Assembly (NCBI GenBank): GCA_963842945.1
Contig: CAWJIM010000001.1
Location: 32,001 to 96,000 of the forward strand
DNA length: 64,000 nucleotides
Reading direction: 5' to 3'
Origin: an uncultured Gemmatimonadales bacterium
GTDB taxonomy: Bacteria; Gemmatimonadota; Gemmatimonadetes; Gemmatimonadales; GWC2-71-9
The position numbers were made by a program, and so were the translations under genes. Under the pieces are notes generated by a model. It was given only the letters and a program-made list of their open reading frames with translations, was not told the origin of the DNA and ran no database searches. Below, one piece after another: positions 1 through 10,858 of this stretch (positions are counted from its first letter, which is position 1; each line of letters starts with the position of its first letter).

Positions 1-772
1 GCCCACCCCGGTTACGGCGTTCATGGCCACCGGTGTGAAGATCGCGGCCTTCGCCGGACTGGTTCGGGTTCTCATGGAAGGGTTCCCGGCGGCCGCAGGT
101 CTCTGGCAGCCGATCATCGCCGGCCTTGCCATTGCATCCATGATTGTGGGGAACCTGATTGCGCTGGCGCAGCGGACCCTGAAGCGAATGCTGGCCTACA
201 GCTCCATTGCTCACGCAGGCTACCTGCTGGCTGCGGTCTGGCCGGGCACCCGCCTTGGCTCCGGCGCGGTCCTGTTGTATCTCGCAGCCTATAGCCTCAC
301 CACGATTGCCAGTTTCGGCTTTTTGGCAGCGCTCGGTCGCCACGGCGAACGAACGGTGACCTTCGACGACATCGCCGGGTTGTCCGCCAATCGTCCCTGG
401 ATTGCCCTGGGACTGACTCTGTGCATGTTGTCTCTGCTGGGCTTTCCGGGAACCTTCGGTTTCATCGGGAAGTGGTACATCATCTCCGCCCTGGTTGCCG
501 AGGGCCAGATGATTCTTCCGGTGGTTCTCGTCGTGACCAGCGTCATCTCTGCCGGGTACTATCTGCCGGTGATCATGTCCATGTACATGAAGACGGCTCC
601 CAACGATGAGCTGCAGCGCGACATGCGGCTGTTCCCGTCGGCCGCCGGAGTCATCGCCCTGTCCCTGGTAGCCGTAGTCGTCCTTGGCTTCTGGCCGCGG
701 GAAGCACTCGACGCCGCCGTGAAGAGTGCCGGCACGTTGACCCAGACAGGCACACCGGTGGCCCGGCAGTAA
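1..772 (+). CDS. nuoN: NADH-quinone oxidoreductase subunit N (5' truncated by window edge)
   Basis: Hydrophobic ORF with motifs PTPVTAFMATGVK, KRMLAYSSIAHAGY and LLGFPGTFGFIGKW; frame is open to the window start. Confidence 0.93.
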   Translation, partial: PTPVTAFMATGVKIAAFAGLVRVLMEGFPAAAGLWQPIIAGLAIASMIVGNLIALAQRTLKRMLAYSSIAHAGYLLAAVWPGTRLGSGAVLLYLAAYSLTTIASFGFLAALGRHGERTVTFDDIAGLSANRPWIALGLTLCMLSLLGFPGTFGFIGKWYIISALVAEGQMILPVVLVVTSVISAGYYLPVIMSMYMKTAPNDELQRDMRLFPSAAGVIALSLVAVVVLGFWPREALDAAVKSAGTLTQTGTPVARQ

Positions 773-797
773 CGTCAAACCGGGACTTGGATTCGCC

Positions 798-2186
798 ATG
801 AATGTTCCGAAATCGATATTCCGGCAATACGATGTTCGCGGCCTCGTCGGCCGGGAGCTGACGCCCGACTTTGCCCGGGCGCTCGGCCGTGCCTTCGGCA
901 GCGTAGCTGCCGACCGTTTGGGCAAAGCCCCGGTCATCGCGGTCGGGCGCGATAACCGACCTTCGGGCCCAGGACTGGCCGAGGGAGTACGCCGGGGAAT
1001 CTCCGAAGCGGGCGGGACAGCCATCGATGTGGGCACCCTGCCGACGCCCGCCTTGTATTTCGGCGTCTCTGCCCTCAAGACCGACGGAGGCCTTCAGGTT
1101 ACCGGCTCGCACAATCCGCCCGAGTTTAACGGCTTCAAGATGGTGCTGGCCGGCGAAGCCTTTCACGGCGATGATATCCTGGAGCTGTGGGAAATCATCA
1201 TGGCCGAGCGGTGGCGATCGGGTAAGGGCAAGGAGACCTCGGACAGCTCGGTGCTTCAACGCTATCGCGACGGGATTATCAGCCGACACAAGCTGGAGCG
1301 CCCGGTGCGTGTCGTGGTGGACTGCGGCAACGGGGCCGGAAGCCTGGTCGCGGTCTCAACGCTGCAGGGGCTCGGTGCCGAAGTCACCCCACTGTTCTGC
1401 GAGTCGGACGGAACCTTCCCCAACCATCATCCTGATCCTACAGTGCCGGAAAATCTGCGCGATCTGCAGATGGAGGTCCGGCGGGGCGGCGCGGAGCTGG
1501 GCATCGCGTTCGATGGCGACGCGGATCGGATCGGTGCGGTGGATGAAACCGGGGAGATCATCTACGGCGATCAGCTTCTGGTGATATTCGGGCGCGATGC
1601 GGTTCGACGGTTCGGGAAGGGAACTCCGGTCATTTTCGATGTGAAGTGCTCGGAGGTGCTCCCGGCCGCTCTCACGGCCGCGGGAGCCCAGCCGGTCATG
1701 TGGAAGACAGGGCACTCCCTCATCAAGGCCAAGATGAAAGAGCTCAAGGCTCCCCTGGCAGGCGAGATGAGCGGCCACATGTTCTTCGGTGGCGACTACC
1801 TGGGCTTCGACGACGCCCTGTTCGCCGCCGCGCGCCTGCTGGAGATCGTGAGCCGGCAGCCCTTCGGCCTGGCGCCGCTGCTGGCCGATCTGCCGCGCAC
1901 CTTTGCCACTCCCGAAATCCGGGTGGAATGCCCTGAAGAGGAGAAGTTCGACCTGGTAGAGCGGGCCGCCGTCCACTTTGCTACTCTGTATCCGGTCAAT
2001 ACCATCGATGGCGTCCGAATCACCTTTCCCCACGGTTGGGGCTTGCTCCGAGCCTCCAACACCCAGCCGGTGCTGGTGATGCGATTCGAAGCCACCGATC
2101 AGGCCGCGCGAGACGAGTATCGGGCCGAAGTCGAGGGATGGCTGGCACGGCAAAAGAAAGCGTTAACGGTGAGCGGCAAGCAGTGA
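798..2186 (+). CDS. phosphomannomutase/phosphoglucomutase
   Basis: IFRQYDVRG, phosphoserine motif TGSHNP, metal loop FDGDADR, GEMSGH, RASNTQP. Confidence 0.95.
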   Translation: MNVPKSIFRQYDVRGLVGRELTPDFARALGRAFGSVAADRLGKAPVIAVGRDNRPSGPGLAEGVRRGISEAGGTAIDVGTLPTPALYFGVSALKTDGGLQVTGSHNPPEFNGFKMVLAGEAFHGDDILELWEIIMAERWRSGKGKETSDSSVLQRYRDGIISRHKLERPVRVVVDCGNGAGSLVAVSTLQGLGAEVTPLFCESDGTFPNHHPDPTVPENLRDLQMEVRRGGAELGIAFDGDADRIGAVDETGEIIYGDQLLVIFGRDAVRRFGKGTPVIFDVKCSEVLPAALTAAGAQPVMWKTGHSLIKAKMKELKAPLAGEMSGHMFFGGDYLGFDDALFAAARLLEIVSRQPFGLAPLLADLPRTFATPEIRVECPEEEKFDLVERAAVHFATLYPVNTIDGVRITFPHGWGLLRASNTQPVLVMRFEATDQAARDEYRAEVEGWLARQKKALTVSGKQ

Positions 2187-2224
2187 GCACCCTCCCGCTC
2201 ACCGCTCACCGCGTACCGCTCACG
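2161..2224. repeat. inverted repeat with arms made of 4x 7-nt tandem units (GGTGAGC / GCTCACC)
   Basis: CGTTAAC-GGTGAGC-GGCAAGC-AGTGAGC, 8-nt loop, GCTCACC-GCTCACC-GCGTACC-GCTCACG. Confidence 0.85.
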
Positions 2225-2239
2225 CACCTGGGTTAAACG

Positions 2240-4694
2240 TTGTCCCGCCGCCGTCGGCGGCTCGCAGCCGCCCTCGGAGCGCTGGTCGCGCTGTTGTTCC
2301 TGGGTCGCTGGACCGCCACCCTCCTGGCCGATCACTGGTGGGCGGCTCAGCTCTCTCCCGCCGCCGCGTCATTCATCCTCGACTGGCACCTTCTGCGTTT
2401 CACCCTCGACCTCTGCGGATGCCTGATGGCGTCCGCCTGGTTCATTGGGCACCTGCTGCTGGTCTACCGAGCCGTGGGCACCGTCCAGGTCAGGCGGAAC
2501 GTGGCGAATCTCGAGTTTCGGGAGGCCCTCACCCCTCGGGCGTTGCTGACGGTGGTCGTTGTCACGGGCGTGCTCCTGGGCATGGTGGTCGGGGTGGGAG
2601 CCTCCCGCTGGTGGCGCGATGTCGCTCTGGCCTGGCAAGGTGTCACCTACGGAGTCAATGATCCGCTCGCCGGACGGGACCTGGGTGTCTATGTAGCGCA
2701 GCTGCCGGTCTGGCGTGCGGCCCACGGCTTTTTTCTCCTGCTCGTCCTGCTGGCCCTGACCGGCGCCGCCGCGCTCTACATGTTGGTGGGTGCCATTCGC
2801 TGGATCGAACGGCGGCCGGCCATCAATCACCACGCGCGGGCCCACCTGGGGTGGGTACTGGCTGCGCTCGCCCTGGCGCTGGCGTGGGGATACCTGTTGG
2901 AGCCGTACGAGCTGCTGGCCCGCCCGCCCGAACTACTCGACCAGGCAACCTGGCGAGCCACCGCAAACGTCTCCCCGGTTCTGGCCGGTATCGCTCTGGC
3001 GGCAGGTGGCATCTCCGCGCTCTGGGCAGCGCGGCCGCGGCATGCCCTGGTCCTGTCCGCCTGGATCGTTCTGGGTGCATCCTCGGTCGTGACGCACTGG
3101 TTGCTGCCTTCCATGCTGACGGGAACCGGAGAGCCGGCGGTGGACAATGCGTCCCTCGAGCAGCTTTCCCGGGTAGCCTACGGGCTGGAGCAGCTGCGAA
3201 TCACCCCGCTGGAGCCCATCGGGCCGCCATCTCCACCGGCGGTGCCCTCCCTCTGGAATGCGGCGGCGTTGGCCCGGGCACTGCCCGGCGATTCCGGCCA
3301 CCTCGTTACGGTAAATCCCGCGTTGCTGACGCCAGGTGGGAAGCGGCGACCAGCATGGCTGATGGTTCGCTCGAGCGCGGGTGGGCGCATTGCGGTAGCT
3401 GGCCGTAGCGGATCAGCAGGTCAGCCCAGAGGGAGAGCCGTTGTTCTTGCGGCTGGGAGATACCCTGGCGCGGCCGGTTCCCACAACGCTGTTCGACTTG
3501 CCTCCCGATGTGCTTGCCCCCGATGCGCCTGCGTATCGCGTGGTGCAGGGAGACGCTCCGGGTGTCAGGGTAGGCTCCTGGCCTCGGCGTCTGGCACTCG
3601 CCTGGGCCCTCCAGGCGGGCGACTTGTTGGGCGACCTGCCTTCGGCCAGCCGGGTTGACTGGCGGCTCTCACCGGAGGAGCGGCTGAACCGGCTGGTTCC
3701 CTTTGCCGACTGGAGCGCGCCGGTAGCTCGAGTAGTAGATGGAGAGCTGGTTTGGCTGCTGGATGGCTATGTGACATCGGGCACCTTCCCGCTCACGCCG
3801 CGCACCAATTGGCGCGAGCGGAGAGTTGGATCGGTCAACGCATCGTTTCTCGCTACCGTCAACGCCGAAAGCGGGACCGTGCGGATTTACCTTCAGCCCC
3901 GCACCGATCCGACCGCTGCAGCCTGGAGTCGGGTCTCCCACGGTCTGGTCGAGCCGGCCTCAGCCATTCCGGAGTCGGTTCTGGGCGGCGCGGGCTATCC
4001 CGCCGACTGGTTCAGGATTCAGACTCAGCAGCTGGAACGTGCGCCCTGGAAGCTGGGCGCGATCAACTCGGTCTCAGAGCAGCGCTCGCTCGAACAGGTG
4101 CCGGCTCAGCTCGGCTGGGCCCCGGACACATCTGGGCCGGTGCTGACGGCCACGTTTGAAGCCCCGGGTGAGCGCCGGCTGGGCGGAGTCTTGACCGGGT
4201 CCCGCGACGCGGGCCGTCTGCGCCTTGCGTTGACCCGGCTGGACTCGGCGGCCACCCTCCCAGTGCGCGACATCCTGCAGAGCCGCTGGGCGCGGTTTCC
4301 TTCTTACAACGCGCTGAGTGACTCGATTCAGGAAGATGGCGGGAAGCTCGAGCGGGGACCGCTCAAGGTGGAAGTCGGACCTGGAGGCCCGTTCGCCTAC
4401 CAGGGCTATTTTGGGCTGCGTCCCTCGGGAGGAACCGTCCTCGCCTGGGTGAGCGTTGCTGCCCCCGATCGCCTCGGTGCGGGACGAACGTTGAAGGAGG
4501 CCTGGAGTAATCTGCTGGGCACCACGGTACCGGCGCCGCCGGGCTCCGCTCAAACCGGACGGCTGGCTGAAGCGCGGCGCTGGATGCTGCAGGCAGATTC
4601 CGCACTCCACGCCGGCGACTGGTCGGAGTTCGGCCGAGCGTGGAGCAGCCTGCGAAATGTGCTCGGACTACCGCAGGACTCGGCGCGATTTTGA
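2240..4694 (+). CDS. UPF0182-family membrane protein (frameshifted near 3400-3440)
   Basis: ORFs 2240-3658 and 3441-4694 join. Motifs DPLAGRDLGVYVAQLP, RLVPFA..PVARVVDGELVWLLDGY and C-terminal ALHAGDWSEFG are typical of UPF0182. Confidence 0.75.
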
Positions 4695-4697
4695 AAC

Positions 4698-4726
4698 TTG
4701 CTCGCCGCTGGAGCGGGGACTAGCTT
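4698..4726 (+). promoter_or_regulatory. putative sigma70 promoter upstream of arcC
   Basis: TTGCTC-17 nt-TAGCTT in the intergenic gap. Confidence 0.4.
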
Positions 4727-4738
4727 GGAGGGCTTTTT

Positions 4739-5680
4739 TTGCCGACTGCGGTGCTAGCATTGGGCGGCAACGCGTTGGCCCGTTCCGACGAACCGGCAAC
4801 GGTCACCAACCAGTTCCGCCATGCCCGAGAGAGCGTAGCTCCCATTGTGGAGCTTGCCCGGCAGGGTTGGCAGATCGTCATCGTGCATGGCAACGGGCCT
4901 CAGGTGGGAGACGAGTTGGTCCGCAACGAAGCGGCGCGAAAGGTGGCGGAGCCGTTGCCGCTCGGCGTGCTGGTGGCGGAAACAGCGGGCTGGATCGGGT
5001 ATATGCTGCAGCAGTCGCTGCAGAACGCCCTCGCATCGGCCCGGGTTCAGCGCCAAGTTGTCACCGTGATCACCCAAACACTGGTCGACCGGTACGATCC
5101 TGCCCTGAATCAACCCACCAAACCCATCGGCCACCCGCTGTCTTCCCATGAAGCAGCCCGATTGCGCGAGGCAGGGCGAGCGGTTGGCAAGGATGGGGCG
5201 GGGGACTTGCGCCGGATGGCCACCAGCCCGGTACCGATTGGTGTGGTAGAGTTCCCCATCATTCAGCGGTTACTGAGTGAGGGGGTGGTGGTAGTGGCGG
5301 CAGGCGGCGGTGGTCCTCCTGTGTACCAGGATCCACTTCTCGGCCTGGAGGGGCTCGACGCCGTGGTGGACAAAGACCGGGTGTCTTCGATTCTGGGCAC
5401 TCAGCTCAATGCCGAGGTCTTGATGATTCTGACCAACGTAGATGCCGTGTTCCAGGGCTGGGGCACGCCGGCCGCGCGTCCAATCCGCCGGATGACGGTT
5501 GAGGATGCTGACAGCATGATCGCCGGAGGCTCGCTGGACGCCGGCGGCATGAAGCCCAAAGTGGAAGCCGCTGCGGGGTTCGTTCGCCGCGGTGGCCGCC
5601 GTGCGATCATTGCCCGTCTCTCGCAAGGTCCAGCAGCACTCCGGGGTGAAACCGGAACTACCATCATGGCCGCATCGTGA
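4739..5680 (+). CDS. arcC: carbamate kinase
   Basis: VLALGGNAL, HGNGPQVG, GGGGPPV, AVVDKD, LTNVDAV, GMKPKVEAA. Confidence 0.9.
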   Translation: MPTAVLALGGNALARSDEPATVTNQFRHARESVAPIVELARQGWQIVIVHGNGPQVGDELVRNEAARKVAEPLPLGVLVAETAGWIGYMLQQSLQNALASARVQRQVVTVITQTLVDRYDPALNQPTKPIGHPLSSHEAARLREAGRAVGKDGAGDLRRMATSPVPIGVVEFPIIQRLLSEGVVVVAAGGGGPPVYQDPLLGLEGLDAVVDKDRVSSILGTQLNAEVLMILTNVDAVFQGWGTPAARPIRRMTVEDADSMIAGGSLDAGGMKPKVEAAAGFVRRGGRRAIIARLSQGPAALRGETGTTIMAAS

Positions 5681-6816
5681 ATCTCCACGAATATCAGGCG
5701 CGGACCCTGCTCAAGGCCGCAGGCATACCGACGCTGGACGGCGATGTCGCCTCCACACCCACTGAGGCCGAATCGATTGCCCGGCGGCTCGGCGGCAAGG
5801 TGGTAATCAAGGCACAGGTGCATGCCGGCGGCCGGGGCAAGGCGGGAGGGGTCAAGCTGGCCGGGAATGCAGGCGAGGCACTCGATCACGCGACCCAAAT
5901 CCTGGGCATGGAGATCAAGGGGCTCACCGTACACAAAGTCCTGGTGGTGCCCGCGGCGGAAATCGCGAGCGAGAGCTACCTGGGACTGATCATGGACCGG
6001 GAGAGCCAGCGTCCGGTATTCATGGTCAGCTCCGCTGGTGGGGTGGACATCGAGGAGGTGGCCGCCAAGACGCCGGAAAAGATTGTGCGACTCCCCGTCG
6101 ATCCTACCTACGGCCTGCTGCCGCACCAGGCTCTGGCGCTCGGGTTTGCCCTGTATCGCGACTTCAACCAGGTCAAGGCGGCTGCCCGGATCGTGGAGCA
6201 GCTCTACGCTGTCTTTACAGCCAACGGCTGTTCGCTGGCCGAGATCAATCCGCTGGTCACCACACCAGCCGGCCAGGTTCTGGCACTCGACGCCAAGATC
6301 GTGATCGACGACAACGAGCTGTTCTGGCGGCCGGATCTTGGCCTGCTCCGAGACGACACGGCGGAGGAGCCGAGCGAGGCCGCCGCGCGCCGGGCCAATC
6401 TGTCGTTCATCAAGCTTGAAGGGGACGTCGGGTGCGTGGTGAATGGCGCCGGACTGGCCATGGCCACCATGGATCTGGTGAAGTACTACGGAGGCGAGCC
6501 GGCCAACTTTCTGGACATCGGAGGCAGCTCCAGCCCGGACAAAGTGATCAACGCGCTCAAGATCATCACCGCCGATCCGAGGGTAAAGGCAATCCTGTTC
6601 AACATCTTCGGCGGCATCACCCGGACCGACGATGTCGCCAACGGCATCGTTGCCGCCACCCGGCAGTTCAAGGTGAAGGTGCCCATCGTCATCCGGCTCA
6701 CCGGGACCAACGAGGCGGAGGCCTTTCGGATTCTGGAGGGCGTGGGCATGACCGCTCTGAGCGATATGGACGAAGCAGTACAGCGTGTCGTACAGCTGGC
6801 GCGGAAGGCAGCATGA
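5677..6816 (+). CDS. sucC: succinyl-CoA synthetase beta subunit
   Basis: [41 protein letters not shown]. Confidence 0.97.
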   Translation: MNLHEYQARTLLKAAGIPTLDGDVASTPTEAESIARRLGGKVVIKAQVHAGGRGKAGGVKLAGNAGEALDHATQILGMEIKGLTVHKVLVVPAAEIASESYLGLIMDRESQRPVFMVSSAGGVDIEEVAAKTPEKIVRLPVDPTYGLLPHQALALGFALYRDFNQVKAAARIVEQLYAVFTANGCSLAEINPLVTTPAGQVLALDAKIVIDDNELFWRPDLGLLRDDTAEEPSEAAARRANLSFIKLEGDVGCVVNGAGLAMATMDLVKYYGGEPANFLDIGGSSSPDKVINALKIITADPRVKAILFNIFGGITRTDDVANGIVAATRQFKVKVPIVIRLTGTNEAEAFRILEGVGMTALSDMDEAVQRVVQLARKAA

Positions 6817-7700
6817 GCATCTTCGTCGACCGGAATACCCGGCTGGTGGTGCAGGGAATCACGGGTCGCGAGGGCGCGTTTCATGCCCGGCAGATGCTCG
6901 AGTATGGCACGGCGGTAGTTGCGGGAGTGACCCCAGGAAAGGGGGGTCAGAAATTCGAGAATCGCGTGCCCGTCTTCAATACCGTCGCAGACGCAGTGGC
7001 GGAGACGCGCGCCAACTGCGCCATCATCTACGTGCCGCCGATGGCCGCCGCTGGCGCCATCTTCGAGGCGGTTGATGCCGGTATTCCTCTGGTGGTGTGC
7101 ATCACCGAGGGCATTCCCGTCCTGCACATGAGCCGGGTAATGCCCTTTGTTCGGAGCCGGGGAGCTCGGTTGATAGGCCCTAACTGTCCTGGATTGATAA
7201 CCCCCGGCGAAAGCAAAGTGGGAATCATCCCCGGCAACATCTGCGCTCCCGGTCGAGTTGGCCTGGTGTCGCGCAGCGGGACTCTCACCTATGAGGTCGT
7301 CAATCAGCTGACCCGCAATGGCGTCGGCCAGAGCACCTGCGTTGGTATTGGAGGCGATCCCATCATCGGGACCAACTTCATCGATTGTCTCGCGGCCTTC
7401 CAGGATGATCCCGCTACCGAAGCCATCGTCATGATCGGAGAAATCGGCGGCACCGACGAACAGCAGGCGGCGGCGTTCGTGAAGGAGCGGGTCACCAAGC
7501 CCGTGATCGGCTTCATTGCCGGGCAGACGGCGCCGAAGGGCCGGCGGATGGGACATGCCGGTGCCATCATCTCGGGATCTTCCGGGACCGCCGAGGAGAA
7601 ATTGGCCGCGTTCGAGCGAGCGGGAATTGATATCATGCGCCGGCCGGTTGATGTCGTAGCCCTTCTGGAAAAGCGGCTAGGCGCCCTGAGCAAGTCATGA
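6813..7700 (+). CDS. sucD: succinyl-CoA synthetase alpha subunit
   Basis: ATG at 6813 overlaps the sucC stop; [27 protein letters not shown]. Confidence 0.97.
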   Translation: MSIFVDRNTRLVVQGITGREGAFHARQMLEYGTAVVAGVTPGKGGQKFENRVPVFNTVADAVAETRANCAIIYVPPMAAAGAIFEAVDAGIPLVVCITEGIPVLHMSRVMPFVRSRGARLIGPNCPGLITPGESKVGIIPGNICAPGRVGLVSRSGTLTYEVVNQLTRNGVGQSTCVGIGGDPIIGTNFIDCLAAFQDDPATEAIVMIGEIGGTDEQQAAAFVKERVTKPVIGFIAGQTAPKGRRMGHAGAIISGSSGTAEEKLAAFERAGIDIMRRPVDVVALLEKRLGALSKS

Positions 7701-7710
7701 AGGAGGAGTC

Positions 7711-8142
7711 GTGGCAGCTACCCTGACGCTCGGCATCATCAAACCGGACGCGGTCGCCGGCGGTAAAACCGGAGCCATCCTGGCCCATCTTCAGCAAGCC
7801 GGATTCACTCCGCGCGCCGCTCGTCTGGTTCGGCTGACCCGGCCGGAAGCGGGGGCATTCTACGCGGTGCACCGCGGCCGCCCCTTCTACGACGAGCTGG
7901 TCGAGTTCATGACCAGCGGGCCCTGTTTGCCGATGGCGCTCGAGCGCGACAACGCCGTCGCCCAGCTGCGGACAGTCATCGGTGCCACCGACCCGGCTGA
8001 AGCGGCGCCAGGGACCATCCGCAAGCTGTTCGCTGAATCCAAGGGCAAGAACGCCATCCACGCATCGGACAGTCCGGAGAATGCGGCCCGCGAGGTGGCG
8101 TTTTTCTTCAGTGAGGGGGAGCTGGCCGGACTCTGGGGTTGA
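7711..8142 (+). CDS. ndk: nucleoside diphosphate kinase
   Basis: [25 protein letters not shown] ribosome-binding site. Confidence 0.97.
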   Translation: MAATLTLGIIKPDAVAGGKTGAILAHLQQAGFTPRAARLVRLTRPEAGAFYAVHRGRPFYDELVEFMTSGPCLPMALERDNAVAQLRTVIGATDPAEAAPGTIRKLFAESKGKNAIHASDSPENAAREVAFFFSEGELAGLWG

Positions 8143-8146
8143 AGCG

Positions 8147-8175
8147 TTGACCCAAGTTGTTGTGGCTGCTACTTT
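8147..8175 (+). promoter_or_regulatory. putative sigma70 promoter of the yceD-rpmF-plsX-fab operon
   Basis: TTGACC-17 nt-TACTTT, 8 nt before the ATG at 8184. Confidence 0.6.
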
Positions 8176-8183
8176 AAGCGGCT

Positions 8184-8660
8184 ATGCTGCGAGTGGACAT
8201 CCGGGACCTTCAGCGCGCCCCGATACGGACGGTGGGGGAACTTTTGCCCGACGATCCCGCCTTCCAAGGCTTGGATCTGGATTTGGGCGGACCGGTGTCG
8301 GTCACGGGGCAGCTGCAAGCCACAGGCCCGGAAGAATTTCTGTGGCGGGGGAAGATTCAAGGCACCATGCAGGGAGAGTGTCGCCGTTGTCTCGCTGAAG
8401 TCGAGGCCCCTGTCGTCATCGATGTAGATGCCGCGGTCTTCAGCTCCGATCCAGAAGCGGTCGACGATCCCGATTTCTACCCTCTTCCGGAACGGGCCTC
8501 ACACATCGATGTGCGCGATGTGGTGCGGGAGGAATTAGTGCTCGCGGCACCCGCCCGCCTGTTACTCTGCCGCGACGACTGTGCCGGCCTCTGTCTCAGC
8601 TGCGGAGCCGATCTGAACGCGGGACCCTGCGGTTGTTCCGCGCCCGCCGAACCTGTCTGA
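8184..8660 (+). CDS. DUF177/YceD-family protein
   Basis: CRRCL and [18 protein letters not shown]; conserved position before rpmF. Confidence 0.9.
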   Translation: MLRVDIRDLQRAPIRTVGELLPDDPAFQGLDLDLGGPVSVTGQLQATGPEEFLWRGKIQGTMQGECRRCLAEVEAPVVIDVDAAVFSSDPEAVDDPDFYPLPERASHIDVRDVVREELVLAAPARLLLCRDDCAGLCLSCGADLNAGPCGCSAPAEPV

Positions 8661-8667
8661 GGTAATC

Positions 8668-8850
8668 ATGGCCGTTCCCAAGCGTCGAATGTCCAAGTCC
8701 CGCAAGCGTCTGCGGCGGGGCCATCACACCGCCGCAGGACCTCGCACCCAGGCGTGTCCCCGCTGCGGCTCTCCCAAGCTGTCCCACCGGGTCTGCGATT
8801 CCTGCGGATATTACCGGGGCAAGAAGCAGGTCGAGGTCGAGGACGTCTGA
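8668..8850 (+). CDS. rpmF: 50S ribosomal protein L32
   Basis: [17 protein letters not shown], zinc motif [14 protein letters not shown]. Confidence 0.97.
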   Translation: MAVPKRRMSKSRKRLRRGHHTAAGPRTQACPRCGSPKLSHRVCDSCGYYRGKKQVEVEDV

Positions 8851-8852
8851 GC

Positions 8853-9866
8853 GTGATCCGCATCGCGGTAGACGCTATGGGGGGCGACACCGCCCCGCAG
8901 GCGGAAATCGCCGGTGCCCTGCAGGCCCTGAAGTCCCTGCCCGACGGATTTCTCATCCAGCTGGTGGGCCGTTCTGAGGCCATCAATTCAGAACTAGCCA
9001 AGTATCCCGACGCCGACCGCAGCCGCCTCGAGATCCACGAGGCGGCTGAGGTTATTGGCATGGCCGAGAAGCCGCTCGCTGCGGTGCGGAGCAAGCGGAA
9101 ATCCAGCATCGTCGTCGGATTGGGATTGCAGAAGGCCGGAGCCTCGGACGCCTTCGTCTCCGCCGGGAACACCGGGGCGCTCCTGGCCGCCTCCACCCTG
9201 TTACTGGGGCTGCACGATGGCGTCGAGCGGGCCACCGTCGCCACCCTGTTCCCCACCGCCAACCAGCCGGTTCTCGTGCTCGACGGCGGGGCCAACGTGG
9301 ACTGCTCGCCCCGGGAGCTGGTCGGCTTTGCCTACCTTGGCAGCGTGTACATGCGCGACGTATTGCGCCGCCCCAGTCCCACGGTTGGGCTGCTCAACGT
9401 GGGCGAGGAGGAGGAGAAGGGGAACGCCATCAGCCGCGAGGCCAACAGTCTCCTGCGCCGCAGTCCGCGGCTGCACTATATCGGCAACATCGAGGGGCGT
9501 GACATCGTCGCCGGACACCATAAGTTCGGGGTGGTGGACGTCGTGGTGTGCGACGGGTTCGTGGGCAATGTGATCCTCAAGTTCTACGAGTCTGTGGCGC
9601 ATCTGTTCGTCAACCTGATCAAGGAGCGCGCTCCCGACGTTCTCGGCCGGCCGGAGATCAAGGAACTATTTCGCATCCTCGATTATTCCGAGTACGGTGG
9701 CGCCCCGCTGCTCGGGGTAAAAGGTATTTCCATCATCTGTCACGGAGCTTCCACCGCAAATGCCATCAAGAACGCCATTCGGGTGGCGGTCCAATCGGTC
9801 GAGGTAGATCTGAGCCGGCACATCGGGGCGGAGTTCGCCCAGCTCGAAGCAGGGGCAACGGCGTGA
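8853..9866 (+). CDS. plsX: phosphate acyltransferase PlsX
   Basis: IAVDAMGGD, SAGNTGA, VVCDGFVGN, GGAPLLG. Confidence 0.96.
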   Translation: MIRIAVDAMGGDTAPQAEIAGALQALKSLPDGFLIQLVGRSEAINSELAKYPDADRSRLEIHEAAEVIGMAEKPLAAVRSKRKSSIVVGLGLQKAGASDAFVSAGNTGALLAASTLLLGLHDGVERATVATLFPTANQPVLVLDGGANVDCSPRELVGFAYLGSVYMRDVLRRPSPTVGLLNVGEEEEKGNAISREANSLLRRSPRLHYIGNIEGRDIVAGHHKFGVVDVVVCDGFVGNVILKFYESVAHLFVNLIKERAPDVLGRPEIKELFRILDYSEYGGAPLLGVKGISIICHGASTANAIKNAIRVAVQSVEVDLSRHIGAEFAQLEAGATA

Positions 9867-10858
9867 GCCGGCGGCCCATTGCTGAAATGGTCAGCGTCGG
9901 GGTGGCCGTCCCGCCGGGCGTGCTGACCAACGCCGATCTCACCCGCATGCTCGACACCTCGGACCAGTGGATCGTGGAGCGCACCGGCATCCGGGAGCGC
10001 CATATTGCGCGGCCGGATCAGTCCGTGGCCATGCTGAGCTGTGAGGCCAGCGTCAAGGCGCTGGATCAGGCCGGTCTCACTCCGCAGGACATCGATGCGA
10101 TCGTGCTTGCCACCGCCACGCCCGATCGTCTGCTGCCCTCGACTGCCTGCGACTTGCAGGCCCTGTTGGGTGCCGACCGGGCCGCGGCCTTCGACATCTC
10201 CGCGGCCTGTCCCGGCTTTCTGTACGCGACGGCGGTGGCCGAGGGAATGATTGCGGCGGGGCAGAGCGAGGTCGTGCTCGTGGTCGGCGCCGAGAAACTC
10301 TCCACCATAACCGACTTCAAGGACCGCTCGACCGCCATTCTCTTCGGAGACGGTGCCGGCGCCGCGGTGCTTCGGCGCGCCAGCGGCCAGAACGGCCGGG
10401 GCATTCTGTCCACATTTCTGAAGTCCGATGGAAAACTCGCGCCGTTGCTGTACATCCCCGGCGGTGGCGCAGCTGACCCGATCAGCGAAAAGGTGGTCTG
10501 CGAGCGGTCGCACTACATGAAGATGGCCGGCCGGGAGGTGTTCAAGGCCGCGGTGCTGACTATGGCGGAGGCATGCGACGAGGCGCTGCGGCGGGCCGGC
10601 GTGACTGCCGACGAGGTGGACCTCCTCATCCCGCATCAGGCCAACGTTCGCATCATCGAGGCAACAGCCAAGCATGCCGGGATGCCGATGGACAAGGTGA
10701 TGGTAAATGTCGACCGCTACGGTAACACCTCATCCGCCTCGATTCCCCTCGCGCTGGATCAGGCCATTAACGAAGGACGGGTGAAGCCGGGGTCCCTCCT
10801 TCTGTTGGTAGCATTCGGCGCCGGGTTTACCTGGGGCAGCGCCGTCATCCGGTGGTGA
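9863..10858 (+). CDS. fabH: beta-ketoacyl-ACP synthase III
   Basis: WIVERTGIRER, AACPGF, HQANVRI, GNTSSAS. Confidence 0.96.
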   Translation: MSRRPIAEMVSVGVAVPPGVLTNADLTRMLDTSDQWIVERTGIRERHIARPDQSVAMLSCEASVKALDQAGLTPQDIDAIVLATATPDRLLPSTACDLQALLGADRAAAFDISAACPGFLYATAVAEGMIAAGQSEVVLVVGAEKLSTITDFKDRSTAILFGDGAGAAVLRRASGQNGRGILSTFLKSDGKLAPLLYIPGGGAADPISEKVVCERSHYMKMAGREVFKAAVLTMAEACDEALRRAGVTADEVDLLIPHQANVRIIEATAKHAGMPMDKVMVNVDRYGNTSSASIPLALDQAINEGRVKPGSLLLLVAFGAGFTWGSAVIRW

